Of a DNA stretch of 18,204 nucleotides, positions 7,167 to 14,428 are shown one piece after another (the stretch's first letter is position 1; each line of letters opens with the position of its first letter). This DNA comes from a virus (lineage: Duplodnaviria; Heunggongvirae; Uroviricota; Caudoviricetes): the IMG/VR virus record IMGVR_UViG_2737471864_000007, positions 1 to 18,204 of that record; one strand, 5' to 3'. A program made the translations under genes and the position numbers. The notes under the pieces were generated by a model. It saw only the letters and a list, made by a program, of their open reading frames with translations. It searched no databases and was not told the DNA's origin.

Positions 7167-8057
7167 ATGGAAGACGCGCTTTACGCTTTTAATTACACAC
7201 AGAACCGGGACAAGTTATTTGCTAACTTGATTAGCATCATTGATGGAATCATTGCAGATGGAGTTGTCCGTGAAGAGGAGGTTCTTTACTTAGATACATG
7301 GTTACTTGAAGCAAAGCAGATTATCAATAATGGAGTTATAAAAAGTCTATCAGCACGGGTGTCGGATATTCTTGCGGATGGAATAATCACATCAGAAGAA
7401 CGTGATGACCTTAAAAATAGCCTTCTCCAAATACAGAGGGAAATTCTTGATATCCCTGAAATTGATTTTTACTCCAAGGATGTAGATGTCCATTTACTTA
7501 ATGGACTATGTAAAGGATTAATTGCTGATCGGAACTTAACTCAAGAAGAAATAAGATATCTTAATTGGTGGCTTGAGCAAAATGGAGCTTTGAAGAACAA
7601 CTACCCAGGAAAAAAACTTTATGCACTTGTAAAGGAAATTCTTAAAGATGGGGTTATTACTGAAGATGAGAGTTTAACTCTACATAAGGCATTAGTAGAC
7701 TTCACAGGATGTGACTTGGAAAGTGGGGTGGTGGATGGTTTGGCGACCAGGCTGCCTATTGATGTAGGGGCTTCGATAGAGTTAGAGGGTAAAACCTATT
7801 GTCTTACAGGCACTTTTGTTGCAGGAAAGAGAGCCGTAGTTGAAAATTTGATTAAAAATGCTGGTGGGAACATCAGTAGTGGAATTACTCAAAAGTTGGA
7901 TTTTTTAGTAATTGGGACGCTTTCCTCCCGTGATTGGAAATTCTCAAGTCACGGAAGGAAGATCGAAAAAGCTATATCTTATAGGGATGATAATGGTGCA
8001 AAACTTAAAATTATTTCTGAAGAAATGCTTTTCGATGCATTACCAAGTTCGCGATGA
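7167..8057 (+). CDS. TerB-like helical-repeat protein with C-terminal BRCT domain; AT-rich cargo gene between OL and cI
   Basis: ATG at 7167 with AGGAGG 4 nt upstream; the track's form starts at a GTG at 7137. Four repeats of the pattern (A/K)DG.I(T/R).EE...L (IADGVVREEEVLYL, LADGIITSEERDDL, IADRNLTQEEIRYL, LKDGVITEDESLTL). C-terminal GKTYCLTGTF...GGNISSGITQKLDFLVIG...GRKIEKA...GAKLKIISEEMLFDAL resembles the LigA-type BRCT fold. Convergent 18-nt overlap with the cI 3' end. Confidence 0.75.
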   Translation: MEDALYAFNYTQNRDKLFANLISIIDGIIADGVVREEEVLYLDTWLLEAKQIINNGVIKSLSARVSDILADGIITSEERDDLKNSLLQIQREILDIPEIDFYSKDVDVHLLNGLCKGLIADRNLTQEEIRYLNWWLEQNGALKNNYPGKKLYALVKEILKDGVITEDESLTLHKALVDFTGCDLESGVVDGLATRLPIDVGASIELEGKTYCLTGTFVAGKRAVVENLIKNAGGNISSGITQKLDFLVIGTLSSRDWKFSSHGRKIEKAISYRDDNGAKLKIISEEMLFDALPSSR

Positions 8058-8726
8058 CCAGAATACCCTACCTATAACATGAATTCTGGCTCGTCTATCT
8101 TCAAAGGTGAGTATTTCATCTGGGTACTCATCTTTGTTGAAGCTTCTAAGAATCAAGCCACCGTCAGGTAAGTTGATAAGTATTTTAACCCTTAGCAATA
8201 CACCATCTCGTACGGCATAAAGATCGCCATCACGAATAGGAACGGTTTGAGAAATATCAACGGCAACAAGATCTCCATTATTGAGAACCGGTAATAAACT
8301 GTTCCCCCATATTTTTACGATCTTGGCATTAGATGCACATACGCCAGATTTTCTCAAATCTGCTCTTCTTAACGGAAACCAGTCAATAGCTGATTCAACT
8401 ATTTCAGCCAGACATCCGTTACCTGCCGATAACTCGACATCTAAAACAGGAATGTTTACGAAAATATCGGGGTCTAATGCGGTGCTTTCTGCTTCTTTTA
8501 CAACAAGATCAGGTATGGATGCGTTATCTTCAATACCAAGTTGTAACCACTTTTGTGATACACCTAAAACTTTTGCAATTTCTTTAATTTTGCGCGGTTG
8601 TAGAGTTTCGCCATTCTCTATTTTGGCTACAGATTGTTGTGAAAGTCCAATTTTTTCAGCTAGTTGAGCTTGGCTCATGCCAGCTTTCTCTCTACCTATC
8701 TTTAATCGTTCTGCCAGTGTTTTCAC
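8040..8726 (-). CDS. cI: CI-like prophage repressor (XRE-type HTH + LexA/S24 peptidase-like autocleavage domain)
   Basis: 228 aa. N-terminal HTH (LAERLKIGREKAGMSQAQLAEKIGLSQQSVAKIENGE) and C-terminal S24-like region (GNSLLP...). GTG start at 8726 with a GAGAGGGA SD-like sequence. Divergent from cro. Confidence 0.85.
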   Translation of the reverse strand: MKTLAERLKIGREKAGMSQAQLAEKIGLSQQSVAKIENGETLQPRKIKEIAKVLGVSQKWLQLGIEDNASIPDLVVKEAESTALDPDIFVNIPVLDVELSAGNGCLAEIVESAIDWFPLRRADLRKSGVCASNAKIVKIWGNSLLPVLNNGDLVAVDISQTVPIRDGDLYAVRDGVLLRVKILINLPDGGLILRSFNKDEYPDEILTFEDRRARIHVIGRVFWSSRTW

Positions 8727-8755
8727 AACATATCCCTCTCTTTTTTGATGAGGTT

Positions 8756-8850
8756 ACAACTTTATGTTTTAGCTTTCCAACACCTAAAAGTTGTGATAAA
8801 AGTTGTTAATGTTGTATTCTTGCAACTCGTAACAACTTAACTACCAAAAA
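8756..8850. promoter_or_regulatory. OR-like operator/promoter region between cI and cro
   Basis: ACAACTTTATGT (8756-8767) and block AACACCTAAAAGTTGTGATAAAAGTTGT (8779-8806) match the OL-like region; a further ACAACTT at 8832-8838. Divergent cI and cro starts flank it. Confidence 0.55.
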
Positions 8851-8861
8851 AGGAGAAAGCT

Positions 8862-9110
8862 ATGACACCTGAGCAATTAGCCTTATCGGAGGCAATCGCT
8901 CTGGCTGGTGGTCAATCAGAATTGGCTCGGAAGCTCACAGCCAGCAGCGGTCATTTAGTAAAGCAACAACATGTCTGGAACTGGTTGAACAGAGAAAAGC
9001 GTCCCCCTGCAAAGCTCTCGATATTCATTGAAAAGACCACTGGCATATCAAAAGAAAAATTACGTCCAGATATTTTTCAAAAGATTAAAGATTCATCAGC
9101 TGAAAAGTAA
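8862..9110 (+). CDS. cro: Cro-like HTH regulator (YdaS/Cro family)
   Basis: 82 aa, ATG at 8862 with AAGGAG upstream. HTH-like GGQSELARKLTASSGHLVKQQ. Position immediately right of OR and divergent from cI. Confidence 0.75.
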   Translation: MTPEQLALSEAIALAGGQSELARKLTASSGHLVKQQHVWNWLNREKRPPAKLSIFIEKTTGISKEKLRPDIFQKIKDSSAEK

Positions 9111-9132
9111 CCACAGTTTTAAGGAGATAGCC

Positions 9133-9690
9133 GTGGGTAAGCATCACTGGAAAATAGAAAAACAGCCTGAGTGGTACGTGAAAGCTGTCAGAAAAACTAT
9201 CGCGGCGTTGCCGGGTGGTTACGCTGAAGCCGCTGACTGGCTGGATGTAACAGAGAACGCTTTATTCAACCGCCTTCGTGCAGATGGCGATCAGATTTTT
9301 CCGCTGGGATGGGCAATGGTTTTACAGCGTGCTGGTGGCACTCACTTCATTGCTGATGCTGTGGCGCAGTCTGCAAATGGCGTATTTGTGTCTCTTCCTG
9401 ACGTCGAGGATGTGGACAACGCCGATATTAACCAGCGTCTGCTGGAAGTCATTGAACAGATCGGCAGTTATTCAAAACAGATTCGTTCAGCAATCGAAGA
9501 CGGTGTAGTGGAACCGCATGAGAAGACAGCAATTAACGACGAGCTGTATCTCTCAATTTCGAAGCTGCAGGAGCATGCAGCACTGGTCTACAAAATCTTT
9601 TGCATTTCAGAAAGTAATGACGCCCGCGAGTGTGCAGCTCCGGGCGTCGTGGCGTCGATTGCTTCTGGTTGTGGAGAAACTAACGCATGA
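9133..9690 (+). CDS. CII-like regulatory protein (YdaT-like family)
   Basis: 185 aa from the GTG at 9133 (AAGGAG 6 nt upstream). The track's longer form starts inside cro and is rejected. Position after cro matches the Rac-type racR/ydaS/ydaT arrangement as I recall it; family assignment tentative. Confidence 0.6.
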   Translation: MGKHHWKIEKQPEWYVKAVRKTIAALPGGYAEAADWLDVTENALFNRLRADGDQIFPLGWAMVLQRAGGTHFIADAVAQSANGVFVSLPDVEDVDNADINQRLLEVIEQIGSYSKQIRSAIEDGVVEPHEKTAINDELYLSISKLQEHAALVYKIFCISESNDARECAAPGVVASIASGCGETNA

Positions 9691-10025
9691 ACAGTTTAAC
9701 AACACACTACCGTCGCTCGCAACTGATTGCGCTTCCTGTACCGGGTGGAAAAGCGAAGGTGGAATATTGCTATGCAGTGAATGTACCAGGTGACAGGGAA
9801 ATTGTAACCCACAGCTTTGCAGAGTGGGCTGTGGGTGATTTCAACCGGCAGAAGGAGACAGTCCTTTGCGACAAGTTAACCGCTGGTTCAAAGATCACTA
9901 CGGAGTGCCCGTCAGAGTCATTCGTTGGGAGCCGGAAACACAACGGGTTATCTACCTCCGCGAAGGTTATGAGCATGAATGCTTCAGTCCGCTCGAACAG
10001 TTTCGTCGTAAATTCAGGGAAATAG
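9687..10025 (+). CDS. Hypothetical protein; possibly frameshifted or overlapped by an alternative-frame ORF (9866-10045)
   Basis: ATG overlaps the cII-like stop (ATGA). The C-terminal third of the translation looks non-protein-like, while a second frame (TTG at 9866 after AGGAG, stop at 10043-10045) reads ...[58 protein letters not shown]. Confidence 0.35.
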   Translation: MNSLTTHYRRSQLIALPVPGGKAKVEYCYAVNVPGDREIVTHSFAEWAVGDFNRQKETVLCDKLTAGSKITTECPSESFVGSRKHNGLSTSAKVMSMNASVRSNSFVVNSGK

Positions 10026-10034
10026 AGGTCGGTC

Positions 10035-10304
10035 ATGAGCACTAAATTAACCGGCTATGTATGGGATGGTTGCGCTGTATCAGGCATGAAGTTATCCAGT
10101 GTGGCAATTATGGCCCGCCTGGCTGATTTCAGTAATGACGAAGGTGTGTGCTGGCCATCAATTGAAACCATTGCCCGTCAGATTGGCGCGGGGATGAGTA
10201 CCGTCAGAACGGCTACCGTGGCATTTGAAGAGAAGTATGGCTCCCAGCTGGAGCTGATATTTCGTTTTATCGATCGTGCGCTGGCAATAGGCGTACTGGC
10301 GTAA
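10035..10304 (+). CDS. Short HTH protein resembling the N-terminal domain of phage/plasmid replication initiators (HTH_36-like); probable remnant of the replication module
   Basis: 89 aa. KLSSVAIMARLADFSNDEGVCWPSIETIARQIGAGMSTVRTA matches the typical pattern of this winged-helix class (...ALADHANDDG.CWPS.ETLA...G.S.RTV.RA). Ends directly before the Q-like gene. Confidence 0.55.
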   Translation: MSTKLTGYVWDGCAVSGMKLSSVAIMARLADFSNDEGVCWPSIETIARQIGAGMSTVRTATVAFEEKYGSQLELIFRFIDRALAIGVLA

Positions 10305-10317
10305 GTGGAGACGCAAA

Positions 10318-10896
10318 ATGATTAATCCTTCCGAAGTTGGTAAATCCGGGGAAATGGCACGACTACGTACACTGGAAAGTGTATGGATACAGGGCAAACT
10401 GCGTATGTGGGGGCGCTGGTCATTCATCGGCGGCGGCTCAGGCGGCAATATGTTTAACCAGTTGCTGGCCTCCGGGAAAATCACCAAGACAGCCATCAAT
10501 GACGCTTTACGTCGCATGAAGAAGTCAGGCCTGACAAAACCAGAGCTCGAAGCGTTCTTTCGTGAAATTATCGATGGCAAAAATAAGACAGGCATTTCGT
10601 TCTGCTCAGATGATGAGGGTGTATGCATTGATGGCGTTATCGCGGCTGTGCTGATCTCAAATGGTCATAACGGATTGTTTGATGTGCTACTGGACAGATA
10701 CCGCTATCGCAAGAGCAAACGTCTCATGGCAGAGCAACTTCAAAAGCGCCATCCAGAATGGTGCTACATGACCTGCCGCCGCCGAATTGATTCCTGGCTA
10801 AGTTTGGCAGAATTCATGCTTTACGCACCAATGTGTGATGCATTCGGCACAAATAGCAGCAGATTTAAGTTGCAATGTGAGCCAGGAGGTGCTTAA
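10318..10896 (+). CDS. Putative late-gene antiterminator (Q-like) with Cys pairs
   Basis: 192 aa. Position immediately upstream of a terminator and the lysis cassette. Two Cys pairs (CSDDEGVC, CYMTC) are compatible with a zinc-binding Q-type protein. Assigned by position and architecture, not by recognised homology. Confidence 0.5.
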   Translation: MINPSEVGKSGEMARLRTLESVWIQGKLRMWGRWSFIGGGSGGNMFNQLLASGKITKTAINDALRRMKKSGLTKPELEAFFREIIDGKNKTGISFCSDDEGVCIDGVIAAVLISNGHNGLFDVLLDRYRYRKSKRLMAEQLQKRHPEWCYMTCRRRIDSWLSLAEFMLYAPMCDAFGTNSSRFKLQCEPGGA

Positions 10897-10946
10897 ATTG
10901 TGTTACGCTCGGGACGCAAAAGCGAACAGAGCAACAAACATTAAGA

Positions 10947-10970
10947 ACCCGCCAGCGTGCGGGTTTTTTG
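10947..10970 (+). terminator. Rho-independent terminator downstream of the Q-like gene (tR'-like)
   Basis: ACCCGC-CAGCGT-GCGGGT stem followed by TTTTTT. Confidence 0.6.
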
Positions 10971-11009
10971 TTATCATTACCTTTTAAACTTCTAATGGAA
11001 GGTAATGAT

Positions 11010-11582
11010 ATGTGGTTAGGGATTCCTTTTATCTATGTTCAGGAACGGCTGGCAGACACAATTAGCATCAGTAAAATACCATCTATTTCTATAGAATCTT
11101 CATTCTCCTCCGAAACGATTATAGCCGCATTTATTAGTGGATTGGTTCCAGCACTGATATCTTTGTATGTGATTAGACAAAATAACGAGTCTGTCCGATA
11201 TCAACAAAAGCAAGAGAATAAAAGACATTATTCTGCGCATTTAAGGGTGGTAGTTAGCGAGTATGCATACCAACTTAATAAAGTTAAAGAGATACATGCC
11301 GAATGGGTTTCTGTTAGCACAACAATGATCCAATATAAGCTAACAAGCTTAGAAGAAAAAATGTCTGAGGCTCTATTAGAACTGGAAAGATTTAAAGTTA
11401 GCTTGTTAATTTCTATTCCTGATGATGAAGATGGTGCATTGTTTAAGAAATCAATAAATACCATCTCAGAAAAGCTATCTTCATTAATTAAGGGGAGGCA
11501 TATATCAATGGTTGATGGAATGGGATGGGCTGGCCTTTATATGTCATTCATTTCAGATGCTAATAAGTATCTAAATAAATAA
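11010..11582 (+). CDS. AT-rich moron: membrane-anchored helical protein, function unknown
   Basis: ATG at 11010 with GGAAGG about 7 nt upstream; alternative in-frame ATG at 10995; the track's form uses a TTG at 10968 inside the terminator. One predicted TM helix (IIAAFISGLVPALISLYVI) followed by a charged helical region. Flanked by terminators on both sides. Confidence 0.6.
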   Translation: MWLGIPFIYVQERLADTISISKIPSISIESSFSSETIIAAFISGLVPALISLYVIRQNNESVRYQQKQENKRHYSAHLRVVVSEYAYQLNKVKEIHAEWVSVSTTMIQYKLTSLEEKMSEALLELERFKVSLLISIPDDEDGALFKKSINTISEKLSSLIKGRHISMVDGMGWAGLYMSFISDANKYLNK

Positions 11583-11604
11583 AATATATTTTATTAAAAT
11601 ATCA

Positions 11605-11633
11605 AAAGCCACTTAATTGTGGCTTTTTGTTTT
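11605..11633 (+). terminator. Rho-independent terminator downstream of the moron
   Basis: AGCCAC-TTAATT-GTGGCT stem followed by TTTTT G TTTT. Confidence 0.6.
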
Positions 11634-11674
11634 CCCTCTTTTTGAGAGGACTCACAGCAATAAGAGGGGGCTAA

Positions 11675-12070
11675 ATGTCCGATCCTGTTTCTGGCACTAC
11701 GGTTGCCGCTGGTGGCCTTATGGGAGCCAGTGTTTTTGGTATCGCAACTGGTATTGATTATGGCGTGGTGTTTGGCGCTTTCGCAGGAGCTGTGTTCTAC
11801 GTAGCGACAGCAGCAAACATCAGTAGGATGAAGTTGGTTGGCTATTTCGTGACATCGTTTATTGTCGGCGTTCTTGGCGCTGGGCTTGTTGGTTCGTACC
11901 TTGCCAAATGGACAGGCTACAGCGACAGGCCACTTGATGCTCTCGGCGCAGTGGCAGTAGCTGCGTTGGCCATCAAACTTCTTACCTTCATCAACAGTCA
12001 GGATCTAGGAAGCCTGTTCAGTATGCTTTCGCGATTGCGTGGAGGAGGGACCAGCAATGGTAACAAGTGA
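11675..12070 (+). CDS. Putative holin (multi-TM small membrane protein)
   Basis: 131 aa, Gly/Ala-rich hydrophobic segments consistent with 3-4 TM helices. AAGAGGGGG SD upstream. First gene of the lysis cassette. Confidence 0.65.
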   Translation: MSDPVSGTTVAAGGLMGASVFGIATGIDYGVVFGAFAGAVFYVATAANISRMKLVGYFVTSFIVGVLGAGLVGSYLAKWTGYSDRPLDALGAVAVAALAIKLLTFINSQDLGSLFSMLSRLRGGGTSNGNK

Positions 12071-12338
12071 TCCTTCAGCGATGATCAATGCGGGTATTTG
12101 CGCGGTCATTGTAATTGCTCTGATGTTTTACCAACGTGGCGGTGCCAGACATCGCCCGATAGTTTCTCTTCTCGCTTATTTCACGGTGCTGGTTTATGCC
12201 AGCATCCCGTTCCGCTATCTGTTCGGCCTCTACCAGGAATCACACTGGCTGGTGGTCATCGTTAACATCCTGATATGCGCCGCCGTGCTATGGGCTCGGG
12301 GAAACGTGGCGCGTCTTATTGATGCTCTGAGGCACTAA
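12057..12338 (+). CDS. Second lysis-cassette membrane protein (holin/antiholin-like)
   Basis: About 93 aa from the ATG at 12057 (GGAGGAGGGA SD 6 nt upstream); the track's form starts at a GTG at 12039. Three hydrophobic segments. Overlaps the holin stop and the endolysin start. Confidence 0.55.
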   Translation: MVTSDPSAMINAGICAVIVIALMFYQRGGARHRPIVSLLAYFTVLVYASIPFRYLFGLYQESHWLVVIVNILICAAVLWARGNVARLIDALRH

Positions 12339-12952
12339 TGAACCAATCACAATTTCAACAGGCGGCTGTTATTAGCGCCGGGTTAGCTGCGCGCTGGTTT
12401 CCGCACATTGATGCGGCGATGAAGGAATTCGGCATTACAGCACCAGCGGATCAGGCAATGTTTATCGCTCAGGTAGGCCATGAGTCGATGGGGTTTAGCG
12501 CCGTAGTTGAAAATTTTAACTACACACCATCTGCGCTGGTGGCGACGTTCGGAAAGAGGATCACACAGCAGCAGGCTGATGCCCTTGGCAGAACATCCGG
12601 ACATGCAGCTCGTCAGGATGCTATTGCCAATCTGGTGTATAGCAACCGACTGGGTAACAAAGCACCCGGTGATGGCTGGAAATATCGTGGTAGAGGATTA
12701 ATTCAAATCACTGGCCTCCATAATTATCGCATCTGTGGCGCGGAGCTGAAGTTAGATCTGGTGACTTCACCTGAACAACTTGAACAGGAACTACAGGCCG
12801 CGCGCTCAGCTGCATGGTTCTACACCTCTAAAGGCTGCATGATCTACGGTGCCGATATTAATCGTGTTACGCGTATCATTAACGGCGGTCTGAACGGTAT
12901 TGAGGATCGTAAAGTCCGATACAACAAGGCGCGGGCGGCGCTGCTGGTATGA
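12338..12952 (+). CDS. Endolysin, glycoside hydrolase family 19 (chitinase-like lysozyme)
   Basis: 204 aa. GH19-type motifs FIAQVGHESMGF...NF.Y...YRGRGLIQITGLHNY. Start overlaps the upstream stop (TAATG). Confidence 0.8.
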   Translation: MNQSQFQQAAVISAGLAARWFPHIDAAMKEFGITAPADQAMFIAQVGHESMGFSAVVENFNYTPSALVATFGKRITQQQADALGRTSGHAARQDAIANLVYSNRLGNKAPGDGWKYRGRGLIQITGLHNYRICGAELKLDLVTSPEQLEQELQAARSAAWFYTSKGCMIYGADINRVTRIINGGLNGIEDRKVRYNKARAALLV

Positions 12953-13341
12953 AGATGAGTTATTGGGCGCTCATTTTAACGTTTATTGCTTGTGTTGCTG
13001 GTGGTCTTGTCTGGTCAGCGAATCACTATCATGGAAAGTTTCTGGAGGAGCAGAAGCGTGCTGACGCTGCGGAACAGCGAGCTGATTCTACTGAAGCTAT
13101 CACCGCGAATGTCCTGCGAACTATGGCAATAACGAACATCATTCAGGAGGCGAATCAACATGCAAAACAGCAGATCGCACTGGAGTCACAGAGAACCCAG
13201 GAAGATATCAAAGTGGCTATTGCGAATGATGATTGCGCTTCACGTCCTGTGCCTGCTACCGCTGCTGACCGGTTGCGGAAGTACGCGGACAGTTTACGTG
13301 AGCGATCCGGTGGCACCCCTGCCAGCCAGCCTGACTTCTGA
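12949..13341 (+). CDS. Rz-like inner-membrane spanin (i-spanin)
   Basis: 130 aa. N-terminal TM (WALILTFIACVAGGLVW) followed by a charged coiled-coil-like region. Start overlaps the endolysin stop (ATGA). Confidence 0.7.
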   Translation: MKMSYWALILTFIACVAGGLVWSANHYHGKFLEEQKRADAAEQRADSTEAITANVLRTMAITNIIQEANQHAKQQIALESQRTQEDIKVAIANDDCASRPVPATAADRLRKYADSLRERSGGTPASQPDF

Positions 13342-13498
13342 TACTCCAGTACCGTTTATACCCAATCCGCTGACGTATGGTACCAGTCTGGAGTTGAATG
13401 TTGCTCTATTGTCAGCCTTGGGACAATGTAATTTTGATAAAACTGGAATCAGAAATATTGAATCACGGCGCGCTATTTTGCATTCGAAAGACAAATAG
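13226..13498 (+). CDS. Rz1-like outer-membrane lipoprotein spanin (o-spanin), overlapping the 3' part of the Rz-like gene in another frame
   Basis: Lipobox LLTGC after a short signal peptide (MMIALHVLCLLPLLTGC). Pro-rich mature region. Starts inside the Rz-like gene and extends past its stop. Exact start (13226 or 13229) uncertain. Confidence 0.6.
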   Translation: MMIALHVLCLLPLLTGCGSTRTVYVSDPVAPLPASLTSDTPVPFIPNPLTYGTSLELNVALLSALGQCNFDKTGIRNIESRRAILHSKDK

Positions 13499-13866
13499 CT
13501 CGAGTTATATTTTTCATTATCGTTGCGAATGCTCCTAATAAAGCTGTGTATTATGGTAATTTTATAAAGCCTATGGGTTTAAGTTCAGATGCTAGCGTTT
13601 TTATAGCGTAATGTAGCAGCTTACATAAAATATGCATCGTGATTAACTATTAGGCCAACCTTTTGGACCAATATGAAAGTGGAAGTTTATACAAATCGTT
13701 TGTCGATGATTAAACATGTGTCTAGTAGCGCTAGTCATGAACAGGTTTATTACGTATCATTTTGTGTAGATTATCGAGAGTACAACTAGTAGAGCAGCTA
13801 ATCTTTAGATAGTGCCAGTGATGTTCACTTGCGATAAACTAACCTTTTCATTCAGTGGAGGTTATT

Positions 13867-14301
13867 ATGTGGCATACATTACTTAACTGGCCTTGGGGAA
13901 CTGTGTGGTCAGCTGTATCGGCTTTAGGTTCAATTGTAACTGTTACATTAGGTTTTTGGGCAATGAATGTTTGGCGGCGACAGGAGGCTCTGAAGGCCAA
14001 AATGGCTCTGAAAATGGCAGTGGCTGATTATTCAAATGCATTATCACAACTACCTTTATCTCTTAGTCGTAATGTTCGTATTGAAAAAAGGGCCGAGCTA
14101 CGAGAGTTAAATCATAAATTAAATGCTGTTAATAATGCTTTTTTGATATGCGAACATATGTTGGAAAAATACCCACGTGTAAACAGCGGTTGTCGTTCTT
14201 TATCTGTTGCCCACAAAGAATATATTAGAATGAGAGATAATAGTATTCAGGCGAAACATATTTGTCATAATATTCTTTCAGAGCAGTTTGTATTCAAATG
14301 A
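13867..14301 (+). CDS. AT-rich moron: membrane-anchored helical protein, function unknown
   Basis: About 144 aa from the ATG at 13867 (GGAGG 6 nt upstream). N-terminal TM (WSAVSALGSIVTVTLGFWAMNVW) then a helical, Lys/Arg-rich region. Preceded by about 360 bp of AT-rich non-coding DNA. Confidence 0.55.
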   Translation: MWHTLLNWPWGTVWSAVSALGSIVTVTLGFWAMNVWRRQEALKAKMALKMAVADYSNALSQLPLSLSRNVRIEKRAELRELNHKLNAVNNAFLICEHMLEKYPRVNSGCRSLSVAHKEYIRMRDNSIQAKHICHNILSEQFVFK

Positions 14302-14428
14302 AAATGAACGATTGGTATTTACTTGCCGTTTATTCATTGGATTGAAAAGTCTATTTAACAAACCGTGTTAAAGCGGTTTCTGATTGCAGTTATGGTTAGA
14401 TATTTAACGAAAACTACAGGGATAATAG

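Noticed and set aside
8281-8667. Plus-strand ORF antisense to cI
   Set aside because: Lies within the well-supported repressor gene; its translation is Ser/Thr-rich and not protein-like.
9028-9132. Upstream extension of the cII-like ORF into cro
   Set aside because: It would overlap most of the cro 3' end in another frame; a GTG at 9133 with a properly spaced AAGGAG gives a clean start.
10158-10628. Minus-strand 156-aa ORF antisense to the Q-like gene, and the 60-aa plus-strand ORF 10337-10519
   Set aside because: Overlap the Q-like gene, which has an SD and operon context; no start signals of their own.
12383-12701. ORFs inside the endolysin gene (12383-12604 minus, 12507-12701 plus)
   Set aside because: Nested in a GH19 endolysin with clear catalytic motifs; artefactual frames.
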